Of a stretch of DNA of 64,000 nt, positions 47,930 to 60,817 are shown in pieces (position 1 is the first letter of the stretch; each line of letters begins with the position of its first letter). Both the position numbers and the translations under genes were made by a program. Below the pieces are notes generated by a model. The model worked only from the letters and a program-made list of their open reading frames with translations, was not told the origin of the DNA and searched no databases. This stretch comes from the human T2T-CHM13v2.0 reference genome, Homo sapiens, in NCBI RefSeq assembly GCF_009914755.1, contig NC_060929.1, one strand, 5' to 3'.

Positions 47930-48400
47930 ATTTCTTAATTCATTTGACAGGCATTCACTGGGGTTCATTGTTTGTTAGGCATCATGCTGAGCACTTTAAA
48001 TACTTTATTATCTCATTTAACTTACACAACAATTTAGTGAAGCAGCATTATTTTAATCCCTAATTTTCACAAATGAGGGACCAAGGCTTGAATGGCGATC
48101 TGGTTTGCAAGTGCCATTTCGCAAGCGAGTCACCTAGTTAGGTTCACATCCAGGTGTCTCATTTTCCAAAGGTCACAGTATTGATTATGGAAATACAAGG
48201 CGATTAGCAGACCCAGGAAGCCTTACGGTGGAAACGTTAAGAGCAGGGACTTTGGAACTATAAAGACCTCAGTTGTTGTTGCTTACGTTTTTAGTTTATT
48301 TGGAAAATCAGGATAATAATTGTGCCTAATTTTATGGTTCTTGTCACGATTCAATTATATAACGTATACAAAGCCCTAGAAACATACTAAGTTTTTTTCT
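47930..48400. mobile_element. Two MIRs (minus then plus)
   Basis: TCTCATTTAA...TTTCACAAATGAGG and GGAAAATCAGGATAATAAT...GGTTCTTGT. Confidence 0.6.
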
Positions 48401-49276
48401 TGTGAAGTGGTGTCTGTCAGTAACAATGTTAACAATAGTAATTGGACTGTGCTGTGGGCTGTATGAGACTTTGCCGAAGATGAGAAAATAAATCACAATG
48501 TTAAGTAAAGCAGGATGTTGAGGAGGAGGGTTCAGAGTTGGGTGGAAGCCTTGAAGGGCTGTAATGAGAGGCATGAAGGTATCTGGGCTCCAGTGTGGGA
48601 AGGGCTTCCTTGTTGAGTCCGTTTTGCCTGGTGGGCCCGGGCAACCTCACTGATGCAGGGTCCTAGCATGTGTCTGGCTGCCAAGTACATAGGGATTTGT
48701 ACTTTTACACCTGCCAGGGAGGGATATGACCAAGTGAAGAATGAGGTTCATGCAGCCGAGATCCTGAGAAATGAGTCTGTACCGAAGAGAAGCTGGACTT
48801 GGCTCTCAAGGGGAAGCCCTCTACCCTGCCTGTCTGGCTCTTGTTGAGTAGTGGAGTCGGTCTTTGATGACCTTGGCCTAAAACTCTTCATAATAGTCCA
48901 AGAACTGAAAAATTAGGATCCTTTGGCAGCTGCTGGCATGTTCTGAACCATAAAGTTTGCATTTACTCCATGGCTGGAAACCAGCTGCCCCGTGGAGTGA
49001 AAGAGGAGGGGGTTCTCTATATGTAAGAACCTGAAAGGAGAAAATTACTGTGGAAGGAAATGAAGTAATGACATAGCCTTTCTGCCAGACTGGGGGATCT
49101 TAGCCACGATTTAGATATTTCCAGAGACTAAAATCCACCGTTACGGTGAATATTTAGAAGCTGGCAAAATTTAGGGAGTGTGTCATGTTTATTTATCATT
49201 TACTTACATACATTTTCAATGTAGACAAGATGTCTAAGGAATTATAACTTCTCTAGAAGATGATTCATTTCTCTTG

Positions 49277-49349
49277 TTTTTGTTTGTTTGTTTGTTTTTT
49301 TGAGACGGAGTCTTGCTCTGTCACCCAGGCTGGAGTGCAGTGACGCAAT
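49277..49349 (-). mobile_element. Extremely 5'-truncated Alu (about 49 bp plus tail)
   Basis: TGAGACGGAGTCTTGCTCTGTCACCCAGGCTGGAGTGCAGTG; TSD ATTYCTCTT(C)GTTTTT. Confidence 0.9.
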
Positions 49350-49666
49350 TCCTCTTCGTTTTTATCTTGGGTGCTTATGTCTGAGAAGTCTGAGCAACAA
49401 TGGGCTTAATTTGAGTGATTTTTTGTGTAGTTCTTGTTCATCTATACGTATACATATTCCCCACTACCCTTTTACAGTTACGCCCATCCCTTCCCTCCAT
49501 AACCCCTGGCAACCACCAATTTGTTTCCCATCTCCATAATTTTTGTCACTTTGAGAATGTTATTGTCAATGAAATCATACTGCAGGTGATTTTTTGAGAT
49601 TGGACCTTTTCACTCAGCATAATGCCTTTGAGATCCAACCAAGCTGCATGTATCAGTAGTTAACTG

Positions 49667-49988
49667 TTTTTTGTTTATTTGTTTTTTGAGACTGGGTTTC
49701 ACTTTTGTTGCCCAGGCTAGAGTGCAATGGTGCCATCTTGGCTCACTGCTAGCTCCGGCTCCCAGGTTTAAGTGATTCTCCTGCCTCAGCCTCCCAAGTA
49801 GTTGGGATTACAAGTGCAAACCACCACACTGGGCTAATTTTTGTTTGTTTGTTTGTTTGTTTGTATTTTTAGTAGAAACAGGGTTTCACCATGTTGGCCA
49901 GACTAGTCTGGAACTCTTGACCTCAGGCGATTCCCCTGCCTCTGCCTCCCAAAGTGCTAGGATTACAGGCGTGAGCCACCGCCTGGCC
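49667..49988 (-). mobile_element. AluS with (TTTG)n expansion in linker
   Basis: Full dimer; TSD AGTTMACTGTTTTT. Confidence 0.95.
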
Positions 49989-50266
49989 AGTTCACTGTTT
50001 TTTATTGCCAAGTAATGTTCTATGGTATAGACCAGTTAGTTTAAGAATTCCTCTCTTGAACAGACATTTTCGTTGATCCATTTTTGGAAATTACAAATAA
50101 AACTGTTATGACCAATTATGTACAAAATTTGTTTGGATATAAGTTTGTATTTCTCTAGGATAAATGCCCAGGAGTGTGGTTGCTTGGTTGTATGGTAAGT
50201 GTATTTTCTTTTAAGAACATAAGACCACATATTTCATGATTTCATTTATATAAAACCTTTCCTTTT

Positions 50267-50572
50267 GGTCAGGCATGGTATGTTCCCGCCTGTAGTCCCA
50301 GCACTTTAGGAGGCCAAGGTGGGAGGATCACTTGAGCCCAGGAGTTTGAGACCAGCCTGGACAATATAGTGAGACCCTGTCTCTACAAAAAATAAAGAAA
50401 AACATTAGCTGAGTGTGGTAGCAGGAAGCTGTAGTCCCCGCTACTCAGGAGGCTGCAGTGGGAGGATTGCTTGAGCTAGACAGGTCAAGGCTGCAGTGAG
50501 CTATGAGCACACCACTGCACTCCAGCCTGGGCAGCAGGGCCAGACTGTGTCTCAAAAATAAATAAATAAAAA
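50267..50572 (+). mobile_element. AluJ
   Basis: GGAGGATCACTTGAGCCCAGG, GGCTGCAGTGAGCTATG. Confidence 0.95.
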
Positions 50573-50706
50573 TTTTCTTTTAAGAGAGTATCATACTGTT
50601 TTCCAGGAGACATATCATTTTGCATTGCTTCCAGCAATGTATAAAAGACCCAGTTTCTCCAAATCCTCATTAGCATTTGGTATTGTCAGTATTTTTTATG
50701 TAGTGA

Positions 50707-51023
<317 letters not shown>

Positions 51024-51568
51024 CAAGAGTTCTTTATGTATTTTAGATACACATGTTTCTTATCAGATATATGGTTTTCCAAATTTTCTCCTAATGTGTG
51101 GGTTGCCTTTTCACTTTCTTGGTAGTGTTCTTTGAAGCACAAAAGTTCTTAATTTTAATGCTGTCTAGTTTATCTATTTTTTTCTTTTGTGGCTTTTGCT
51201 TTTGGTGTCATACGTAAGAAACTGTTGCCTTATCCACAATCATGAAGATTTAGACCCCCTTTCTAAGAGTTTTAGCTTTTACATTTAGGTCTGCGATACA
51301 TTGTGAGTTGATTTTTGTATAGAATGTAAGGTAGATGTCCATATTCATTCTTTTACATGTAGGTACACATTGTCCCAGCAGCATTTGTTGAAAAGACTCT
51401 TTTCTTCCTATTTGATTGTCGTGGCACTTTTGTCAACAATCAGTTGACTGTATGCCATATTTTTTATAGTTGTTTTTTCCTATCTCAAATTTCCGGTTCC
51501 TGAGAACTGAATAAATGAACCTTCCAAATGATTAGCTAAAGCTGGATCTAAAGCCCCAGGGGCAATGG

Positions 51569-51869
51569 TTGTTTTTTTTTTTTTTTTTTTTTTTTGAGAC
51601 GGAATCTCTCTCTGTGGCCCAGGCTGGAGTGCAGTGGCGCGATCTAGGCTCACTGCAAGCTCCGCCTCCCAGGTTCATGCTATTCTCCTGCCTCAGCCTC
51701 CCGGGACTACAGGTGCCCGCCACCATGCCCGCCTAATTTTTTTGTGTTTTTAGTAGAGAAGGAGTTTCACTGTGTTAGCCAGGGTGGTCTTGATCTCCTG
51801 ACCTCGTGATCCACCCGCCTCGGTCTCCCAAAGTGTTGGGATTACAGGCGTGAGCCACCGCGCCCAGCT
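51569..51869 (-). mobile_element. AluY
   Basis: TGCAAGCTCCGCC, GTGTTAGCCAGG; TSD GGCAATSGTT. Confidence 0.95.
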
Positions 51870-52129
51870 GGCAATCGTTTTCAATGCTGTGAAGAGTTAC
51901 TTGTTCTTAACCTTAAGCGAGATCCAGACACTTTTTAGAGAGCAACTTTGGATTTGGAAGAGAAAAAATAGAATCCATTGGCTTTGGCAGTTGGAGGGGA
52001 GAAGGGGACTAGGAGGAAAAGGTAGAGAATATATGACAATCCTAAAGGTTGATTTTCCTTCTTTTCAGTTATATTTTTAATTATTCTTGGGTTTCGTTTG
52101 TTGGTGTGGCCTTCCTCTATTCTCCAGAG

Positions 52130-52335
52130 AGTATAATATAGCCTCACATTAGACAAATACAGGTTCAAATTCTAGATCTTCTTTTAACCTGTTTGATTTT
52201 TCAATCTTCAGTTTCTTCTTTTGCAAAATCAGGATAATCATAATATATACCTCAAAGGATTATTATGAATTTTAAATAATAAAAATAAATCACTTGGCAT
52301 AGTGCCATGACATATTAAAAATATTAGCTATTATT
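52130..52335 (+). mobile_element. MIR
   Basis: GGTTCAAATTCTAG...TCAGTTTCTTC...GGATAAT...TGGCATAGTGCC. Confidence 0.7.
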
Positions 52336-53811
52336 ATTTTTCCTATCCAGTACCAAAAGTTATATGTTGTGTGTTCCATTCCTTTAGTTCTTGTTGCATG
52401 AAATAAAATAAACTGCTAATCTGATTTTTAAAAAATCCTTACTAATCTCTTAGTAGGTATGAAATATTTTTCTTTTGTGGGAGTAGGGAAGATTTCAATT
52501 CCTTTTAAGCTTTAATTTCCTGAGTGTGTTACAAAGTGCATTGAATTATATTTGACATATGGAGGTTCTAAAGCCATGTCAGGCTTCTATTAACATATGA
52601 TAATAGAAAGCAATAGGAAGTCCAGCAATCTGTGAGATCCCATGGCCCTTCCACTTCCTCCCCATGGCTGTAGGCACACCGCCCATCTTCTGTGAGCTTC
52701 ACTTTCACCACTCCTAAAATGGGGATGAAATATCAGCCTGGACTGTTGTTCAGATTGCTATGACACTCAAAGGAGGTAAAAACTGTGCTGAGTTTTTAAA
52801 ATTATAAAGCTGGCTAGATCTGTAATGTGGTTTAGCTCATTACTGAAATATTTAGCAAAGTAAACCCTGTGACAAAACATCAAAATTAACATTTTAATTT
52901 TTTATTAATACTGTATTATCATATTGGTGTCCTCGAGATATAGATAAAAAGAGGACAGTGTGGTCAAAAGCTTCAGCTAATGAAACAGAGCAGGAAGTCA
53001 AATATAAAAAGCCTAGTTGTCAATCAAGGTTCTAAGGCATTTTGAAGTTAATGTTCAGTGTTTTTGCATTTTTTTTTTCTGAAACCTTAGTGGGCTGAAT
53101 CTCTCAATGCCTCCTTTCTTAGCGCTATGGTCTCTGAGAACAGGAAATACAATAACTCAACTTATAATTTTAAAGGCCTTAATTTTAGAGCCAAAACATG
53201 GTCCCACAGGCTCTGGTCTCATCATCTATGAAATCTGATACTCCACTGTATGGGTATAAATATATATGTGTGTGTGTGTGATTTGAAGTTTACTGATTCT
53301 TACAGTTTAACATCAGGTTCTTCTGTTAAGTTCAATTAAATTATTTACATGTATTTAAAAATAGAATCTATTTTGGAACTCTATTTCTCTAAAAGTAGCA
53401 TCAACTCTTTCCTTTTCTATCTGTATATGTACACCAAAAGATGTCTAGAATGCTGTCCACCTAATGATAATCACGATTATTTCTGTGTGGTATGATTTTG
53501 GGGCAAACTTTGCTGTCATCTACGTATTTTCCTATATTGCTTGAGGGTTTTTTAATATAGCTTTTTTATCTTAAAATAGTTATAAACTCTACAGTAAGTT
53601 GGCAAATTAGCACATAGTGCACCATACCTTTCACTTAGCGTCTCCCTATGGTAACAACTTAAGTAACTAGAATAAAATGGCAAAATCAGGAAACTGCCAT
53701 TGGGACCGTGCAAACTGCAGACTGTATTCAGATTTCACCAGTTTTTCCATGCACTCATTTGTGCTGTTACTCCACCTTAACTCTACGTATTCCTTTGTAG
53801 CCCTGCTATGA

Positions 53812-53830
53812 GGGGTGGGGTTGGGTAGGG
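53812..53830 (+). other. Canonical G-quadruplex motif
   Basis: GGGGTGGGGTTGGGTAGGG, four G3+ tracts with 1-2 nt loops. Confidence 0.7.
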
Positions 53831-53927
53831 AGCATATTGAACTTGACAGGGATAAACACACACCTGCTTTGAAAAGTCACACTGTTTGTCATTGGCCGGA
53901 AGTAACCTCATCCTTCCAAAATTATTG

Positions 53928-54108
53928 GTAGTGATGTGCCTGAGCTGGCTTGTGTCAGTCCTGGAGGCCATTTGTTAAATATTTAGGAATTTTGTCATTG
54001 GTAGTTTGAAATCAGCTATGGTGAAATAATTACCTTGAAGAAATCTGCAGAGTATAAATCAAGCCCCCCACCCTCGCTTCCTAGAGCCTGTTTACCAACA
54101 CAATACTC
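53928..54108. mobile_element. MER63-type hAT-Blackjack MITE
   Basis: AGTGATGTGC...TTGTTAAATATTTAGGAATTTTG...TGAAATCAGCTATGGTG...GAGCCTGTTTACCAACACAATACT. Confidence 0.7.
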
Positions 54109-55009
54109 TTGGTACGACATTTACAGTTGTCCTGGTTAATCCCCATTCCCCATGTGCCTCTCATCTGGGTCTCTCAGTAAAACATATTTCCCTAATAGGA
54201 CATTCCCTTATCATACATGATGCTTCTTTTCCTTTCAGGGTTTCCAAATAGAGCAGCTAAATAATTTAGTAAAAAGGCAAGGCTTTCTGTTAATGGATTC
54301 TAATATCTTATTATATGATCCTTCTGGGTAAATTACCTCCATTTTGCCCAGGGACTTCCTGGAATATAGATACATATTTAACTCCAAGACGACATTTGAG
54401 GATGTGTGTGTTTGCGGGGGTAGCGATTGGGTAGAATCCTTTCAGCCCCCCTCAGTTCCCACCAAGCAGGCAGCTGTTGATCTCACGCACACTCAGGGGC
54501 CTTCACTCCTCCTGGTCCTGTCCCTTTCCTTCTAGAAATGCCAGAAATGCAGGGACTCACTGAGTCCCTTCTGTTGAGGCAGATCACGGGAACTGGGAAA
54601 AGAACCTTGGTTTAAACTTGAAAAGGAAGTAAAAAACCTTAGGGATTCTTTGTGGATAACAGTGTGGATTCATAACCTTCTAGGTAGTGAAGCGCCATAT
54701 CCTTTTGTCTTTAGTGAGAAAGACAGAGCAGTGAAAAAGAGGGAAGTGAGCTATGTTCCCTCTTAATCCTTAGTACATTAATTGGAACAGAAAAAGAGGA
54801 AAACAAAAACAAGACAAAACGTTCCTATTCTCTATCCTCCCCTTGTCTAAAAGTGTTGCTAACATTTAATAGATGTGTAGATTAGCTCTTACATGTGTAG
54901 CCTATTCCAGGTGTAGCCTGTTCCAGGTGCATGGAGGAATATTAAAGACATTTATTAAAGACATTTATATTAAAGACATTTATGTCTGGAGGCAAAATTA
55001 CACTGGCAA

Positions 55010-55470
55010 CATAATAGTGAAATGAACATAAGCTTTGGAATCAGATCTGAATTCGGATTCTGACTTGGCCACTTATTGGCTGAATAAATCTGGGCAAGTT
55101 ACTAAACTTTTATTTGTTACTTTCTTCCTTAGTAAATGCAAATTTGTTAGGAGCATGAATGATAATGATTGGGCTTCTACCCTGTACCAGGCATTTTATG
55201 AATATTTTAAATAATGTTTTAATTTAATTTAATTCAATCCTTACCATAAGCCCAGATTATATTATTTTTATTTTATGGATGAGAAAATTGAGCCTCAGAG
55301 ATGTTCATTAAGTCGATCAAGGTCATATAGCTAATGGGGAACAGAGCTGGGATTCAAACATAGTATTCTAAAGCCTATATCCTCAGATCACTCTAGAGGC
55401 CATATAGCCAATTTAAAAATGCATGAAAAATTTTTATACATCGTAGGGACTCAGTCATTGTTATATTGTT
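55010..55470. mobile_element. MIR (+) with an inverted MIR (-) nested in it
   Basis: CTTTGGAATCAGA...GGGCAAGTTACT (+); TTTTATGGATGAGAAAATTGAGCCTCAGAGA (-). Confidence 0.65.
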
Positions 55471-55570
55471 ATTTATTTAATATATAGTGAATTATATGTT
55501 AGTTATATTGATAATTATATTAAGATATATTATATAGGATTATATAATAAACTTTAATTATTAGTAGTAG

Positions 55571-55864
<294 letters not shown>

Positions 55865-56031
55865 GGATTATATAATATAAATTAATTTTATTATAATATA
55901 AAATAATTACATTGTTATTTTTAGGGAAAGTTCACTAAACTTGAAGTCAGATGATCTGACCCAGGTCTTGGCTCAACCATTTAGTAGCTCCACCAGTAGG
56001 CAAGTCACTTACACAGTATTCTCTCTCTCTG

Positions 56032-56611
<580 letters not shown>

Positions 56612-56864
56612 CACTTACACAGTTTTCTCATTCATATTCAGGCATGCCTGCCACATTGTAGTTGTTCAATAAATGTTTGGTAAAAAAAAAAAAAAAAAAA
56701 AAGAAAGAATGAAAAAATGAATATTCTTAAGGTCCTTTTCAGGTCTTAAAAAATGACTCCTGTTGTGATAGTGACACACGAAAAATTAAACAATTGATGA
56801 TCAAATGAAAAGTTAATTGTCAGTGATGTCTGAGAGGCGCCCCAAACCACAGCGGTTTTTCTAC

Positions 56865-56897
56865 AGCGACGCCCTGTGGTGTCGGTGAGTACTGCGA
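56865..56897 (-). promoter_or_regulatory. Candidate CTCF site with upstream motif
   Basis: Minus strand TCGCAG-N12-CCACAGGGCGTCGCT within a local CpG cluster. Confidence 0.45.
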
Positions 56898-57229
56898 GGG
56901 CTAGCTACTGCAGGGCCTGGTTCTCGGCATTTTTGCCTAAGATTTGTTTGTTCTTCCTCTACAAACTATTAAGCCAATCCTGAACAGGAAGACTTTTTTT
57001 TTTTTGGTTATTTAAATAAATCACTGCTTATTTACTCAACGTTGCAGTGCTCTTGGTGATGATGTTTTGCTTAGCTTTTTCAGAGAGCACCAGGAATCAG
57101 GGGAGGATGATGAAGGCAGGGTGTCTGGGTAAGAGGCATCCTTTCATGCTCCTGTTTTTTCAGGCTTTATACGCTCGTATTATCCTTCTGCACTTTATCC
57201 CTTTATACTAACAGATGAACTGAACAACA

Positions 57230-57460
57230 TAATTAATAAAAGTGTGATTTATTGAGCCTTTACTATATAGCACACATTGCAACTTTTTGTGTGAATCCTG
57301 TTACATATCTTATTTAATTTTCTCAACAGCCTGACAAGGTAAATGGTATGATTATCCCATTTGGGGGCAGATTTAAAATGCTCAAGTCGCTTCTTCAATG
57401 ACACATACCTAGTGGCAGAGATAGAATTAGGACCCAGTCCGTATGTCTCCTATATACATA
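57230..57460 (-). mobile_element. MIR
   Basis: TTTATTGAGCCTTTACTAT...TTATTTAATTTTCTCAACAGCCTG...ATTATCCCATTT. Confidence 0.7.
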
Positions 57461-58004
57461 TTGCCTCTTGTAACAGAATAGAAAGAAAAATAGATCAGAA
57501 GGAGTAAAAGCCAGCATCACTGGATCTCTGCTTAATTTCCATTTGTAATTAAAATAAAATTAAAGCACCTGGCTTATTTTGAATGGCGCTTTCCCATAGC
57601 AGCCCCTAATAACTGAGGAGGTACAGCACTAAGAAGCAGGGATCCTTGGTCAATTACCGAGTGACTTATAAAATGCCGTTTATGGTTAGGAATGGCAGAC
57701 TAATGAAATAAAAGCTTATCTAGCTAATGTTTTGTAAGAACAAGAAGAAATTATTGCTGTTTTTTCATTCTTGGGATTCTTGGGCGGTAACTTTTTGTTA
57801 AATTGTCTTTTTTTTTTCTTTAAAAATCCCTTTAAGAAACATAAAATGTTCCGGCAAAAATATTTAAAACATTAACAATATTATTTTAAAAAATCAAGGT
57901 CATCCACACAATGGGAAAAACTCTAGACACAATAACATACCTTTGCTTGTCGGTTCTCTGGGGAAAACTTGTTTCAGAGGTGGGGAATTAGGGAGTGAAT
58001 CTGA

Positions 58005-58020
58005 TGAACTGCCTTGACCT
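58005..58020 (-). promoter_or_regulatory. Nuclear-receptor DR4 element
   Basis: TGAACTgcctTGACCT = AGGTCA-N4-AGTTCA on the minus strand, outside any Alu. Confidence 0.45.
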
Positions 58021-58681
58021 CTTTTATCTGGCGTCTGACCAAGTCTGAAACTATTTGGAGGTCGCTAAGTTTCGCTGGGTCTTTGTATTTGGAAATGAAT
58101 TTGCTGCCTGCGGCGAAGAAAGCAATCCAGCCTCCCTGAAATAAGGAGAGGCTACAAAACCCGAGATAGTGAACAATCATGCCGGAGGAATGGACAAAGC
58201 AATGCTTATGTTTAGGTTATTACTTTCATATGGATGTGGGGAATTGAAATGCAAAACCAAGGGGCATCAAAATATCACATAAAATCAGCTTTAGGTTTTC
58301 CTTGAGCTCACACTTTTTTCCCTGGACTTGTGGAAAAATGCTACCCTCCTGTGGTCAGACAGTAGAATACAGAAAAACAGAGACCTTTGACCAGGAAAAT
58401 AAGGTGAAATTGAACAGGGAATGTGGTGATCTATTCGTAAGTGTTTTCTGAAGAGCTTATGGCTTATCAAAAAGACACCTTCAGAAAAGAAAAAAAAAAA
58501 AAGAACAACAGAAAGAAAGGAAAGAATAACAAAACAAACAAAAAGCTAAGAATAACAACAAAATTACTTTCCAATAAAATGGCCCAGTTAACCTATTTCC
58601 ACCTTCATGGGGACTTCTCTGAGCATTCAAACAAGAAGCAATTGCTCCCTCCACAATTCAATACATAAATACTAGAATTAA

Positions 58682-59227
<546 letters not shown>

Positions 59228-59261
59228 TGAGTCTTCCAGTAGCAATAAGATTTAAACAGGT

Positions 59262-59580
<319 letters not shown>

Positions 59581-59762
59581 GATTTATCTAGACAAAAAAA
59601 TAGGAAAAACATTTCTAGACATAAAGAGCAGCATATAGCAAAAAATCCACAGCATGAATTTGCCTCAAAGCCTGCATAAATACCAGCTCTTTTGACCTGC
59701 CAAGGTCTAAGTGTATGTGTGTGTCTGTTTGTGTTGGAGAAGATGGGACAGTGTCACCTGTG

Positions 59763-60817
59763 TGTTGCGGGAAGTCAGGGACCCCAAACAGAGGGATCGG
59801 CTCAAGTCGCAGCAGAAGAGCATAATTTGTGAAGATTTCATGGACATGTACCAGTTCCCAAAATTAATACATTTATAATTTCTTACACCCGTCTTTACTG
59901 CAGTCTCTGAACATAAATTGTGAAGATTTCATGGACATTTATCACTTCCCCAATCAATACTCTTATATTCCTATGCCTGTCTTTACTTTAATCTCTTAAT
60001 CCTGTCATCTTCGTAAGCTGAGTATGAATGTCACCTCAGGACCCTGTGATGATTGCATTAACTGTACAAATTATTTGTAAAACGTGTGTTTGAACAATAT
60101 GAAATCAGTGCACCCTGAAAAAGAACAGAATAACAGCAATTTTCAGGGAACAAGGAAAGATAACCATAAGGTCTGACTGCCTTTGGGGTTGGGCAGAATA
60201 GAGCCATATTTTTCTTCTTGCGGAAAGCCTATAGATGGATGTGCATGTAGGAGGAATATCGCTGAATTCTTTTCCCAGCAAGGAATCCTGGGGAAGGAAT
60301 GCATTCCTGGGGGTAGGTCTATAGATGGCCGCTCTGGGAGTGTCTGTCTTATGCGGTTGAGATAAAGACTGAAATACGCCCTGGTCTCCTGCAGTACCCT
60401 CAGGCTTACTAGGATTGGGAAATTCCAGTCTGGTAAATTCTAGTCAGATCGGTTGTCTGCTCTCGAACCCTGTTTCCTGATAAGATGTTTATCAAGACAA
60501 TGCATGCACAGCAGGACATAGAACCTCATCAGTAATTCTAATTTTGCCTTGCCTTGTGATCTTTATTGCCCTTTGAAGCATGTAATCTTTGTGACTTACT
60601 CCCTATTCATACACCACCTCCCCTTCTAAAATCTCAAACAAAAACTTGCTGGTTTTGCGGCTCGAGGTCACCATCACGGTCCTACCAATATGTGATGACA
60701 CCCCCGGAGGCCCAGCTGTAAAATTTCTCTCTTTACACTCTCTCTGTTTCTCAGACCGGCCGACACTTAGGGAAAATAGAAAGAACCTACATTGAAATAT
60801 TGAAATATCCCTCCATA
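59763..60817 (+). mobile_element. Solo MER11 LTR (HERV-K11/HML-8)
   Basis: Starts TGTTGCGGGAAGTCAGGGACCCC, has two TGTGAAGATTTCATGGACAT repeats, ends GACCGGCCGACACTTAGGGAAAATAGAAAGAACCTAC; 1055 bp; 6-bp TSD CCTGTG at 59757-59762 and 60818-60823. Confidence 0.93.

Noticed and set aside
56682-56722. AATAAA followed by long poly(A)
   Set aside because: Matches the 3' end of an L2 element (GTTCAATAAATGTTTG...GAATGAA) with an expanded tail, not an mRNA copy.
57056-57128. Two RTGATGA boxes suggesting a C/D snoRNA
   Set aside because: No CTGA D box at the expected position.
59819-59945. Direct repeat TGTGAAGATTTCATGGACAT with spacer, superficially CRISPR-like
   Set aside because: Only two copies, intrinsic to MER11, in eukaryotic DNA with no cas genes.
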